Assembly (NCBI GenBank): GCA_963711565.1
Contig: CAVQEQ010000002.1
Location: 128,001-192,000, forward strand
Source: an uncultured delta proteobacterium
GTDB taxonomy: Bacteria; Desulfobacterota; Binatia; Binatales; Binataceae
Direction: 5' to 3'
Length of the DNA stretch: 64,000 nt
How positions within the stretch are numbered: the first letter of the stretch is position 1; each line of letters opens with the position of its first letter. The translations under genes were made by a program, and so were the position numbers. Positions 49,870 to 59,182 of the stretch are shown here, piece by piece. Under the pieces are notes generated by a model. That model made no database searches and was not told the origin of the DNA. It saw only the letters and a program-made list of their open reading frames with translations.

Positions 49870-51342
49870 TCAGTACGACTTCGCGAAGTATGCGCGCTCG
49901 GTTGCTGATTCGCCGCACACGAGGCACTTACCGGTAACGCCGTCATTCGTGAGTGGGATCACTCGGCACGTCGCCTTGGTCTCTTCGCGAATCCGCGTCT
50001 CGCACACGGGATTTCCGCACCAATAGATGTCGGCGAATCCGCCGCCACCCTCGCCCTCCATGTGTTTGCGAAATACCGCGTAGTCGTCGAACTTTCGCGT
50101 GTTCGCGACCATCGCGGCCTTCGCCTGCGCGAAGAGATTTTTCTGAATCTCGCCGAGCAGCGCCGTGACTGTTTCCGCGATGGTTGCGAGCGACGCCTTG
50201 CTCTTCGACTCCGGACCCGACTTGTCGCGCCGCGCGAGCACCGCTTCGCCCGATGCAACGTCGCGCGGTCCGATCTCGATTCTCACTGGTACGCCGCGCA
50301 TCTCCCAATCATTGAACTTGAACCCCGGCGTCATCCCTTCGCGCTCGTCGATTCGAGCGCGGATGTTCGCCTGCGTGAGCGCTTCCAGCGCAGTGCGCCC
50401 CGCTGCGAGCACAGCCGCGCCCTCCTCGGGTTTGCGGAAGATCGGCACGATGACCGCTTGCGTCGATGCGACCGTCGGCGGCAGCCGCAGTCCCTGGTCG
50501 TCGCCATGCGCCATCACGATCGCGCCCAGCAGCCGCGTCGAGACTCCCCAACTCGTCTGCCACACGAACTGCATCTGATTCTGATCGTCGAGATAGCGGA
50601 TCTCGAACGGCTTCGCGAAATTCTGTCCGAGAAAATGCGAGGTGCCGCATTGCAACGCCCGTCCGTCGCCCATCAAGCCCTCGATCGAATACGTCTCGAC
50701 CGCGCCGGGGAATCGCTCGGCCGCGCTCTTGCGTCCAACGATCAGCGGAATCGCGAGGAAGTCTTCGACGAATTGGCGATACACCTCGAGCATCCCGAGC
50801 GTCTCGCTTTGGGCTTCTTCCGCGGTCGCGTGCGCCGTGTGCCCCTCCTGCCAGAGGAACTCCGCAGTGCGCAGGAACAATCGCGTGCGCATTTCCCATC
50901 GCACGACGTTGCACCATTGATTGACCATCATCGGCAGGTCGCGATGCGATCTGATCCACTGCGCGAACATGTGGTTGATGATGGTTTCGGACGTGGGGCG
51001 CACGATTAGCGGCTCTTCGAGCTCCTTGCCGCCGCCATGCGTGACGACCGCCAGCTCGGGCGCAAAGCCCTCGACGTGTTGCGCCTCCTTTTGCAGGAAG
51101 CTCTGCGGTATGAATAGCGGGAAGTACGCGTTGCGCGCGCCAGTCTTCTTGATGCGGCGGTCGAGCTCGTCGCGGAGCGCCTCCCAAATCGCAAAACCAT
51201 CGGGCCGAAACACGATGCATCCTCGCACCGGCGAGTAGTCCGCCAGCTCCGCGCGCAGGCAGATGTCGTTGTACCACGCGGCAAAATCCTCGCTGCGCGG
51301 CGTCACCTTCTTGTCATTTTGCTTGTTTTGTTTTTCAACCAT
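49870..51342 (-). CDS. proS: Proline--tRNA ligase, archaeal/eukaryotic-like type
   Basis: HVEGFAPE, RPTSET, NQWCNVVRWE, FLWQEGHT, C-terminal FAKSY; no editing insertion. Confidence 0.95.
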   Translation of the reverse strand: MVEKQNKQNDKKVTPRSEDFAAWYNDICLRAELADYSPVRGCIVFRPDGFAIWEALRDELDRRIKKTGARNAYFPLFIPQSFLQKEAQHVEGFAPELAVVTHGGGKELEEPLIVRPTSETIINHMFAQWIRSHRDLPMMVNQWCNVVRWEMRTRLFLRTAEFLWQEGHTAHATAEEAQSETLGMLEVYRQFVEDFLAIPLIVGRKSAAERFPGAVETYSIEGLMGDGRALQCGTSHFLGQNFAKPFEIRYLDDQNQMQFVWQTSWGVSTRLLGAIVMAHGDDQGLRLPPTVASTQAVIVPIFRKPEEGAAVLAAGRTALEALTQANIRARIDEREGMTPGFKFNDWEMRGVPVRIEIGPRDVASGEAVLARRDKSGPESKSKASLATIAETVTALLGEIQKNLFAQAKAAMVANTRKFDDYAVFRKHMEGEGGGGFADIYWCGNPVCETRIREETKATCRVIPLTNDGVTGKCLVCGESATERAYFAKSY

Positions 51343-51441
51343 CCGTCTTGCGTGACGACTTTGATTATCGTCAATTGGTACAGTCTCCGGATAAAATCGC
51401 CTCGAATCAACTTAGTCCGGAGCGAGCCCGAGGTGAAAGTC

Positions 51442-52167
51442 ATGAAGCTGACATTCCGAGCAGCCGCCATTGGCCTTGCGCTAATCACTATCGTGTCGAT
51501 GTTCGCGTCGGCGGCATCGGCGCAAAGCGGTGAGAATATTTTCGCCAAGCGGACTATCGAAGTTGACGGCAGCGGCGAGACGCGCACGTCTCCCGATACC
51601 GCGGATTTAGATCTCGCGATCGATACTCAAGCAAGGACCGCAGAGGAAGCGGCCAGCAGCAACGCCGCGCTGGCAACGAAGGTGATCGACGCGCTCAAGG
51701 CCAAACTCGGGGACCGGGGCAAGGTTACCACCGGCGGCTATTCGCTGGATCCCCAGTACGACAATCGTCCGAGCGAGAGGCCGAGGATCATCGGCTACAA
51801 CGCTCAGAACACGGTCACGGTGCATACCGGCGCGTTGGACCTCGTCGGCGCGCTAATCGATTCCGCGATAGCGGCCGGCGCAAATCGCGTCAACTCGCTA
51901 AGCTTCAGCGTCAAGGACGACACCAAGGCGCGTACCGAAGCGATCGCAATCGCGACCCGCGACGCGCGCGCACAGGCCGAAGCGCTCGCGTCGGCGCTCG
52001 ACGTGAAGCTGGGCAAGGTCCTCAAGGCGACTACGATATCGGAAGCGCGGCCCATTCCAATTAGGATGGGGCGCGCGATGGCGATGTCGGCGAGCGTCGC
52101 GACGCCGGTCGAGCCCGGCGAGCTCACGGTGCCGGCGACGGTTTCTCTTACGTTCGAGATTGAGTAG
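51442..52167 (+). CDS. SIMPL/DUF541 periplasmic protein
   Basis: Signal peptide, TIEVDGSGE, AGANRVNSLSF and PVEPGELTV. Confidence 0.88.
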   Translation: MKLTFRAAAIGLALITIVSMFASAASAQSGENIFAKRTIEVDGSGETRTSPDTADLDLAIDTQARTAEEAASSNAALATKVIDALKAKLGDRGKVTTGGYSLDPQYDNRPSERPRIIGYNAQNTVTVHTGALDLVGALIDSAIAAGANRVNSLSFSVKDDTKARTEAIAIATRDARAQAEALASALDVKLGKVLKATTISEARPIPIRMGRAMAMSASVATPVEPGELTVPATVSLTFEIE

Positions 52168-52184
52168 GTTTTCGTTTACCGAAG

Positions 52185-52712
52185 ATGCTGAAGCCCGGCG
52201 ATCCCGCTCCGCCATTCGATCTCGAGTGCGCCCTTGACGGACGTATCGCACGCTGCAGTCTCGCGAAAATTTCGTCCGAGCTGGTTCTGATCTTTTTCTA
52301 TCCGCGCGACTTTTCGTTCATCTGTCCGACCGAAGTCACGGGCTTCAACAAGGCGCTGAAGGATTTTAACGCCAAGGACACGACCATCGTGGCCGTCAGC
52401 ATCGACAACGTGGACAGCCATCTTCGATGGGCGCGCGAGCTTGGCGGAGTCGGTTACGCGATGCTCGCCGACCCAGGCGGCAGTCTCGCGCGCGCTTACG
52501 GCGTTTTCGACGACACTGAGAAGGTCGCGTTGCGCGCGACGTTCATCCTCGATCGCAAACGCAAGGTCGTGTACGCCGTGTCATGCCCGCTGAACGTTGG
52601 ACGCAGCGTGGTTGAGACGCTTCGCATCGTTCGTGCGCTGCGAACCGGCCAACTCTGTCCCGCCGATTGGACGCCGGGCGTCGAGTTCGGTCCAACCGAT
52701 CGCGACTTCTAG
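52185..52712 (+). CDS. 2-Cys peroxiredoxin (AhpC/TSA family)
   Basis: FFYPRDFSFICPTE and CPADW. Confidence 0.9.
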   Translation: MLKPGDPAPPFDLECALDGRIARCSLAKISSELVLIFFYPRDFSFICPTEVTGFNKALKDFNAKDTTIVAVSIDNVDSHLRWARELGGVGYAMLADPGGSLARAYGVFDDTEKVALRATFILDRKRKVVYAVSCPLNVGRSVVETLRIVRALRTGQLCPADWTPGVEFGPTDRDF

Positions 52713-52719
52713 AACGCGC

Positions 52720-53445
52720 TTGGCCACAGTCGCTCCCGCGGAAAAAAGGCAGCTCTTCGAGCGGCTCTCCAGCATCCGCGAAATTGTTTTCGGCGTGCAA
52801 GACGGCGTCCTGACGACCGCCGGCGTTCTATGCGGACTGAGCGGCGCGGTTTCGCAGCACTCGCAAGTCGCGCTCGCGGCGCTGGCCTCCACCGCGGCCG
52901 GCGCCCTCTCGATGGCCGCAGGAGCCTATCTCGGAGCGCGCGCGGAAACCGAGGTGCTGCGCGCCGAGCTCGAACTCGTGCGTGCCGACGCTGCTGCGAA
53001 GCCTTACACCGTCCAGGAAGGACTGCTCGACGAGTTGTGCAAGGAAGGCCTCAGTCGCGAGGCCGGTTATCGAATCGTCCGCCTGCTCAGCACTTCGCCC
53101 AGGGCTCTTGAATCGACCGCCGAGGCCAAGATGTTCGGGTTCAGCGGCCCGACGCTCGGCAAGCCGGCGTTGGATGGAATCGTGATGGGAGTCGCATTCC
53201 TCGTCGGCGCGCTCGTCCCGCTATTGCCGTACATGTTGATTAGGGTTCCGCGCTACGACCTTGGCGGCGCGCTCGCTGCGACCGCGCTCACCTTGTTCGG
53301 CGTAGGATATTTCGAAGGATGGCTCGCTCATCGGGTCGATCGTTGGCGGTCGGGCATGCGCTTTCTTGCGATCGCGATGAGCGCGGCGGCCGCCGGTTAC
53401 GTCATCGGACTGGCGATCTCGCCACTCGGTGCAACCGCAGGCTAA
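52720..53445 (+). CDS. VIT1/CCC1 iron/manganese transporter
   Basis: VFGVQDG, AGALSMAAGAYL and GALVPLLPY; TTG start inferred. Confidence 0.88.
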   Translation: MATVAPAEKRQLFERLSSIREIVFGVQDGVLTTAGVLCGLSGAVSQHSQVALAALASTAAGALSMAAGAYLGARAETEVLRAELELVRADAAAKPYTVQEGLLDELCKEGLSREAGYRIVRLLSTSPRALESTAEAKMFGFSGPTLGKPALDGIVMGVAFLVGALVPLLPYMLIRVPRYDLGGALAATALTLFGVGYFEGWLAHRVDRWRSGMRFLAIAMSAAAAGYVIGLAISPLGATAG

Positions 53446-53455
53446 CCTTGTTCGC

Positions 53456-53707
53456 GTGAAAATCCCCGCGTACTCATCGCTCGCCGCATTTCTGGCGCAC
53501 TATCGCGCACTGAAATCTGACGCCTCTCGCAGCGCTGACGACGCGCAGCTGTTCGCCGAAATGTCAGAGGCGATCGCGACGCTCGCAGCCGAGCTTCGCG
53601 CCGCACTCGATTCCACCGACGACACCGCCGGCGCTCGACGCCATCGCGCGCGCGCCGAACTCCAACTCCGCCGCGCGCTGGCCGCGCGCGGGATCGTCGC
53701 GGACTGA
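53456..53707 (+). CDS. Small hypothetical protein
   Basis: Fills the operon gap, has host-like codon usage and ends 3 bp before the permease. Confidence 0.5.
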   Translation: MKIPAYSSLAAFLAHYRALKSDASRSADDAQLFAEMSEAIATLAAELRAALDSTDDTAGARRHRARAELQLRRALAARGIVAD

Positions 53708-53710
53708 TCG

Positions 53711-54640
53711 ATGCTTGCTTATCTCATTCGGCGAATCGTTTTCGGCGCAGCCGTCATGATTGGAACGTCGATCATCACGTTCGCGATCGCGTTCGTCGTT
53801 CCCTCCGATCCCGCGGTCGCGATGGCCGGCGCGAAAGCCGACCCGCAAACTCTCGCTTCGATCCGGACTGAGCTGGGTCTCGACCAGCCGCTCTACATCC
53901 AGTACGCGCGCTACCTCGATCGCGCGATTCACGGCGACCTCGGCCGCTCTTACATCCGCCGTGAGAATGTGACGACGTTGATCGCCGATCGTTTTCCCGC
54001 CACTGCCTTACTCGCAGCCGCCGCGATGGCGCTGTCGCTGATTCTCGGGATTGCGATGGGCGCGATCGCTGCCGCGTATCGCGGCCGCGCCACCGACAAC
54101 GTGCTCCTCGTGATATCGCTGGCGCTCGTCTCGATCCCCGTATTCTGGCTCGGCACGATGTTGTTGATCGCGGTCGCCGCCACCATTCGCTCGTTTCCGC
54201 TTGGCGGTTACAGCGGCGCCACGAGCCTGATTCTTCCGACTCTGACCCTCGCGCTCGGCTCGGCCGGCTACTATTCACGCGTGCTTCATACCAGCCTGTG
54301 CGACGCGTTCGACCAGGACTATGTACGTACCGCGCGCGGCAAGGGTCTCTCGCGCACCCGCGTGATGCTCAAGCACGCGATGGCAAATGCGCTGCTGCCG
54401 CTCGTCACGCTCGCCGGGCTCGACTTGGCTGGTCTGCTGTCGGGCGTCGTTTTGACCGAAACAGTTTTCAATTGGCCGGGGATCGGACGGCTCGCAGCCG
54501 ACGCCGTCTTCAATCTCGACATCCCGCTGATCATGGGCACTGTTCTCTTCTCCGCGTTCCTCATCGTCGTCGTCAACCTGCTCGTTGACCTGCTTTACGC
54601 GTGGCTCGACCCGCGCATCCGGCTGGCGGAGATCGGATGA
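53711..54640 (+). CDS. Peptide/nickel ABC permease (DppB-like)
   Basis: LGLDQPLYIQY, DYVRTARGKGL and DPRIR. Confidence 0.92.
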   Translation: MLAYLIRRIVFGAAVMIGTSIITFAIAFVVPSDPAVAMAGAKADPQTLASIRTELGLDQPLYIQYARYLDRAIHGDLGRSYIRRENVTTLIADRFPATALLAAAAMALSLILGIAMGAIAAAYRGRATDNVLLVISLALVSIPVFWLGTMLLIAVAATIRSFPLGGYSGATSLILPTLTLALGSAGYYSRVLHTSLCDAFDQDYVRTARGKGLSRTRVMLKHAMANALLPLVTLAGLDLAGLLSGVVLTETVFNWPGIGRLAADAVFNLDIPLIMGTVLFSAFLIVVVNLLVDLLYAWLDPRIRLAEIG

Positions 54641-55449
54641 ACATCCGCCGCTTCGTCACACTCGAAACCGTCGGCGCTGCGATGGTCACCCTGCTCGTGA
54701 TCGTCGCGGTTTTCGCACCGGTTCTCGCCCCGCACGATCCCACAATCGTCGTCGCGCCGACCTTCGGCGATCCCGGCGCGCCGTCGCTCAAATTTCTCAT
54801 GGGCACCGACGAACTGGGCCGCGACGTGCTCTCGCGGATCATCTTCGGCGCTCGAATTTCGCTCACCGTCGGCGTCGCCGCGATGGCCGTCACGATGACC
54901 ATCGGCATCGCCATCGGACTGTGCTCGGGATTCTTCGGCGGCGCAGTCGATTTTATTCTGATGCGCTTCACCGACCTGATGCTGTCTCTGCCGCCGCTGC
55001 TGCTCGCGATGGCTCTGGTAGCGGTTCTGGGGCCGAGCCTGCGCACGATCTTCATCGTTATCGGATTTGTTTCATGGACCTCGATTGCGCGCGTGGTGCG
55101 AGCGGAAACCCTGTCGATGTCCAGGCGTGATTTCGTCGTCGGAGCCCAAGCGCTGGGCGCGCCGTCACGCCGATTGATCGCGCTGCACATCCTGCCCAAC
55201 GTCTTGCCGATCATCGTCGTGATGGCCGCGCTCAGAACTTCCGACATTTTGCTGCTCGACGCTGCCCTCAGTTTTCTCGGCCTCGGCGTACCGCCGCCGA
55301 CGCCCAGTTGGGGCCGCATGATCGAAGAAGCGACGATTTACTTCCGCACCGCACCGTGGCTCGCGACCTTTCCCGGCCTCGCGATTTTTTACGCCGTCCT
55401 CGGCTTCAATCTTCTCGGCTACGGATTTCTTCGCAGGCGCTCGCAATGA
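54637..55449 (+). CDS. Peptide/nickel ABC permease (DppC-like)
   Basis: GTDELGRDVLSR, HILPN and LSFLGLGVPPPTPSWG. Confidence 0.92.
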   Translation: MNIRRFVTLETVGAAMVTLLVIVAVFAPVLAPHDPTIVVAPTFGDPGAPSLKFLMGTDELGRDVLSRIIFGARISLTVGVAAMAVTMTIGIAIGLCSGFFGGAVDFILMRFTDLMLSLPPLLLAMALVAVLGPSLRTIFIVIGFVSWTSIARVVRAETLSMSRRDFVVGAQALGAPSRRLIALHILPNVLPIIVVMAALRTSDILLLDAALSFLGLGVPPPTPSWGRMIEEATIYFRTAPWLATFPGLAIFYAVLGFNLLGYGFLRRRSQ

Positions 55450-57041
55450 TTCGTCGAAGAATCATGCCGGCCGCCATTGCGATCGCACTTGCCGCGGGAT
55501 GCGGTGGTGGACCGCCTGCGCTCAAGCTGCCGCCGAACGCGATGGTCCTTCGCCTTGCCAACGTCGACAACGTCCCGACGCTCGATCCAGCCGCCGGATA
55601 CGATACCGTTTCGTGGACTTTTGAGCAGGCAATTTTCGACACGCTCGTGCGCTACGGCGACGGCAACATCGAACTCGAACCCGATATCGCAACCACTTGG
55701 GAAAGCTCCCCCGATGCCACGACTTTCACCTTTCATCTTCGCGCCGATGCCCGCTTTTCCGACGGCCGATCCGTAACCAGTAATGACTTCCGCTATGGAA
55801 TCGAACGTGTGCTGAACCCCGCGACGCGCTCGCGCGGCATGGAGTACTACCGCGGTATCGTGGGCGCCGCCGACTTCGCGGCCCATCGCACGGCGCACGT
55901 CAGCGGAGTCGAGACGCCCGACAAGACGACAATCATTTTCCATTTGAGCGCGCCCGACCCCATCTTCGGACACAAACTCGCGATGCCGTTTGCGTCGGCC
56001 ATACCGCGCAACGTCGCGGAGAAGTGGGGCGACGATTTCTCGCGCCACGTCGTCGGCAGCGGCGCCTTCATGCTGCGCGATTGGATCAGCGGCCAGCGCC
56101 TCGTGCTGGTGAGGAACCCCTACTACTTCGCCAAACCACTGCCCCATCTCGACGCCATCGTCGAGTCGGTCGGCGTCAACCAGGAACTGCAATGGCTGCG
56201 CTTCGACGCGGGCCAAATCGACGCAGTAGTCGATATTCCGCCGGCTGAATTTCCCTACGTCATGAAGACTCCCGCGCTGCGCGCGTTGACCCTGGCTAAA
56301 ACCACGGTCACGACTCGCTACCTCGGCATGAATTGCCAGATGTGGCCGTTTACCGACGTTCGCGTGCGCCGCGCTCTCAGTTACGCGATCGACCGGCACA
56401 AGCTGATCGCGATATTGAACGGACGGGGCGTCGTCGCGCGCGGCGTAATGCCGCCAAACCTGCCCGGCTACGATCCCGATCTCGAGGGCTACGACTACGA
56501 TCCGGCGAAGGCGCGCGCGCTGCTCGAGGAAGCGCATCTCGCGCACGGCTTCGATTTTGAAATCTGGATGCGCGCCGACCAGACGCTCCTGATGCTCGCG
56601 CAATCGATACAACAGGATCTCGCGCCGCTCGGTATCCACGCGAAGTTGAAGCCGGTCGCGTGGGGACCTTTTCTCGAAGCGATTCGACAGCCGCGCACAG
56701 TGCAAGCGTTCATGCAGGGTTGGGAGGCTGACTTCCCCGATCCTGAAAATTTTCTTGGCGCGCTGCTCTCACGCGCGCAGTGGGGTTCCAACAACGACAG
56801 CTTCTATTCCAGTCCCGAGGTCGAACAGCTTCTGGCTGAAGCCGAGCCGATCGCCGACATGAAAAAGCGCTACGCACTCTACGATCAAGCCGAGAAAATC
56901 GTCGTAGCCGATGCGCCCTGGGTCTTCCTCTACTACCCGGTGACTTACATAATCCGCCAGCCGTGGGTGCACGACTATGTAATCAACCCGATGCGCCCGA
57001 CGCGCTTCGAGCGGGTCTGGCTCTCGCCACATCCCCAGTAG
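55446..57041 (+). CDS. Family 5 ABC substrate-binding lipoprotein
   Basis: Lipobox LAAGC, TLDPA, FHLRADARFSDG and GWEADFPDP. Confidence 0.92.
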   Translation: MIRRRIMPAAIAIALAAGCGGGPPALKLPPNAMVLRLANVDNVPTLDPAAGYDTVSWTFEQAIFDTLVRYGDGNIELEPDIATTWESSPDATTFTFHLRADARFSDGRSVTSNDFRYGIERVLNPATRSRGMEYYRGIVGAADFAAHRTAHVSGVETPDKTTIIFHLSAPDPIFGHKLAMPFASAIPRNVAEKWGDDFSRHVVGSGAFMLRDWISGQRLVLVRNPYYFAKPLPHLDAIVESVGVNQELQWLRFDAGQIDAVVDIPPAEFPYVMKTPALRALTLAKTTVTTRYLGMNCQMWPFTDVRVRRALSYAIDRHKLIAILNGRGVVARGVMPPNLPGYDPDLEGYDYDPAKARALLEEAHLAHGFDFEIWMRADQTLLMLAQSIQQDLAPLGIHAKLKPVAWGPFLEAIRQPRTVQAFMQGWEADFPDPENFLGALLSRAQWGSNNDSFYSSPEVEQLLAEAEPIADMKKRYALYDQAEKIVVADAPWVFLYYPVTYIIRQPWVHDYVINPMRPTRFERVWLSPHPQ

Positions 57042-57114
57042 TGTGAGAGACAACCGTGCGCCGGTTCGACTATGATCGAAATATGAGGCGCGATTCCGAG
57101 GAGGAGAGAAAACG

Positions 57115-58212
57115 ATGATCACGCAGGGCGACGATTATCCGATTCATCAGACGCCGGAGCCGGTTCAGCAGGTCTTCACCAGCGACCGCAACTTTTACGA
57201 TCGGTTTTTCTTTAACGGATACTTCCGAGAGGGCGAGCCGTACTTTGCCGTCGCGATGGGGATTTATCCGAACGTCGGCATCATCGATTGTGCATTCAGC
57301 GTCGTCGCCGGCGGCGTACAGCATTGCGTGCGTGCGTCGCGCGTGCTCGGCGCCGAGCGGATGGACACGCGAGTCGGCCCGATCTCAATCGAGATCGTGC
57401 GCCCAATGCGCTCGATGCGGCTGCGCGTCGATCATGAAGCCGTAAAGGCCGACCTGATGTTCGAGGCGCGCGCCGACGCGATCGAGGAGCCGCGCTTTTC
57501 GCGACGCGCCGGTCCGCGGCTCATCATGGACCTGACACGGTTCACGCAGCATGGTGGCTACAGCGGCAGTCTGACGGTAGCCGGCAAGACCTACGATGCC
57601 AAACCGTCGCGAGTTTGGGGTTCGCGCGATCGTTCGTGGGGCGTACGCGGAATCGGCCCGCAGGATCCCGCCGGCGTGCCGTCGCCGACTCCCGTGATGG
57701 GCCAATTTTACTGGCTGTGGTCGCCGACCAATTTCGAGGATGTCTGTACGCATTGCGACTGCAACGAAAATGCCGACGGCTCCCGCTGGCACCAGTTCGG
57801 CGCCGTCACGCGCACGGAGCTTGGCGCTCCGCTCGATCTCGCAACGGGCGTCGATTTCAACATCGACTACGCGTCGGGGACGCGACACGCGAAGAGCGCC
57901 GAGATAATTTTGCGCAGCCCGCGCGCCGGCGAGAGCCGCATCGAGCTAAAGACGCTCTACAACTTCTACATGCAGGGCATCGGCTACTTTCATCCGAAGT
58001 GGGGACACGGAATGTACGTCGGTCCCGACGCGTCAACCTACGAGTCGTTCAAAACCGCCAACGTCAACGAGCGCGATCTGATGCATCAGCACATCCAGGC
58101 GGTGTGCCAGGCGAAAATGGGTTCGCGCGAAGGGATGGGAATTCTCGAGATGGCGATCTTTGGGCCGCACGAACGCAGCGGCTTCAAGGAATTCCTCGAC
58201 ATGCATCCGTAG
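57115..58212 (+). CDS. Conserved hypothetical beta-rich protein
   Basis: GGAGGAG RBS, DDYPIHQ, FYDRFFFN and RDRSWGVR; function not assignable. Confidence 0.75.
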   Translation: MITQGDDYPIHQTPEPVQQVFTSDRNFYDRFFFNGYFREGEPYFAVAMGIYPNVGIIDCAFSVVAGGVQHCVRASRVLGAERMDTRVGPISIEIVRPMRSMRLRVDHEAVKADLMFEARADAIEEPRFSRRAGPRLIMDLTRFTQHGGYSGSLTVAGKTYDAKPSRVWGSRDRSWGVRGIGPQDPAGVPSPTPVMGQFYWLWSPTNFEDVCTHCDCNENADGSRWHQFGAVTRTELGAPLDLATGVDFNIDYASGTRHAKSAEIILRSPRAGESRIELKTLYNFYMQGIGYFHPKWGHGMYVGPDASTYESFKTANVNERDLMHQHIQAVCQAKMGSREGMGILEMAIFGPHERSGFKEFLDMHP

Positions 58213-58223
58213 CGGATCGAAGC

Positions 58224-58526
58224 TCAGTGCTTCAGCTTTCCGAGCATGCGTCCGACGAAGCCTTCCGATTTCTTCTCCTCAACCGGCGCGGGCTCGCGGC
58301 CTTCTTTGAGCGCCGCGAAGATTTCCTCGACTTCGCCGTCAACCGGGAATCGTCCGGTGCTCGATTTCGAGAACACCAGCCGTCCGTTCACAATCACGTC
58401 GAACTGGCCCGATTTGCCGGCGGTGATTTCCGCCTTTTCGCCGAACGTGGAGCCTAATGAAGCGGCCAGACTGGCCGCGCGTGGCTTATAGCCTCAAGCA
58501 GAGCAATAGAGAATTTCTGTAGCCAT
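58224..58526 (-). CDS. Rdx/SelW-like selenoprotein, 100 aa, CxxU motif, Sec at the UGA at 58494-58496
   Basis: Absent from the ORF track. Translation MATEILYCSA-U-GYKPRAASLAASL...GKSGQFDVIVNGRLVFSKSSTGRFP shows the Rdx motifs YCxxU, GxFDV and FSK...RFP. Confidence 0.92.
58462..58478 (-). promoter_or_regulatory. Bacterial SECIS-like hairpin GCGGCCA-GUC-UGGCCGC
   Basis: Perfect 7-bp stem whose loop begins with G, 22 nt after the UGA. Confidence 0.72.
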
Positions 58527-58562
58527 GATCGGATGGTACTCGCCGGTCTGGCGCCTTACAAA

Positions 58563-59126
58563 CTATTTGCCGTTGGGGATATCGACGAATACCGCGGCGG
58601 CGACCACCGACGACCACAGCCCGTCGCGATCGCCGATCGCAGACTGCGTGACGTTGCGCGTCGTCACGATCTTGTCCGACATGCGCCACAGATCCTTGCG
58701 CTCGTCGTAGCTGAGATTCGGATCGAAATCGACGCCGAGAATTGTCGCCAGCATCATCGCCGCCAGATCCTCGGCATAGTCGCCCGCCTTCTGATCGGTT
58801 TCGCCGGTGCTGTGATGCTCCGACAGGTATCCGTATTGGGCAGGATTGCTGGGCAGCGCCACGCCCACCGACGACGCGATCAGGCGATGCGGTTCGTTGG
58901 TCGCATTGTCGCTCATCACCGCAAAAACGATCTGCCCCGGCGTCAGGTACTTGAGGCCTTCCTGCTGGCTGAGCAGTTTGCAGTTGGGCGGAAAAATCGA
59001 CTTCACCCGCACGAGGTTGAACTCGGCGATTCCCGCGGAACGCAGTGCCAGCTCGAAAGAAGTCAGCTTCTCGCGATGCCGCCCCACGCCCTTGGTAAGA
59101 AATGTCCCCTTCGGGATCGGCCCCAT
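58563..59126 (-). CDS. pdaD: Pyruvoyl-dependent arginine decarboxylase family protein
   Basis: SFELALRSAGIAEFNLVRVKSIFPP, YGYLSEHH and AEDLAAMMLAT. Confidence 0.85.
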   Translation of the reverse strand: MGPIPKGTFLTKGVGRHREKLTSFELALRSAGIAEFNLVRVKSIFPPNCKLLSQQEGLKYLTPGQIVFAVMSDNATNEPHRLIASSVGVALPSNPAQYGYLSEHHSTGETDQKAGDYAEDLAAMMLATILGVDFDPNLSYDERKDLWRMSDKIVTTRNVTQSAIGDRDGLWSSVVAAAVFVDIPNGK

Positions 59127-59182
59127 TTACTTTCTCTCCTCTCCGATTCCGCTTTCTTTTATACGAATCCGCCAGTCCAACG

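Noticed and set aside
49870-51342. Archaeal/eukaryotic-type ProRS as an unusual transfer
   Set aside because: This type is well known in many bacterial phyla
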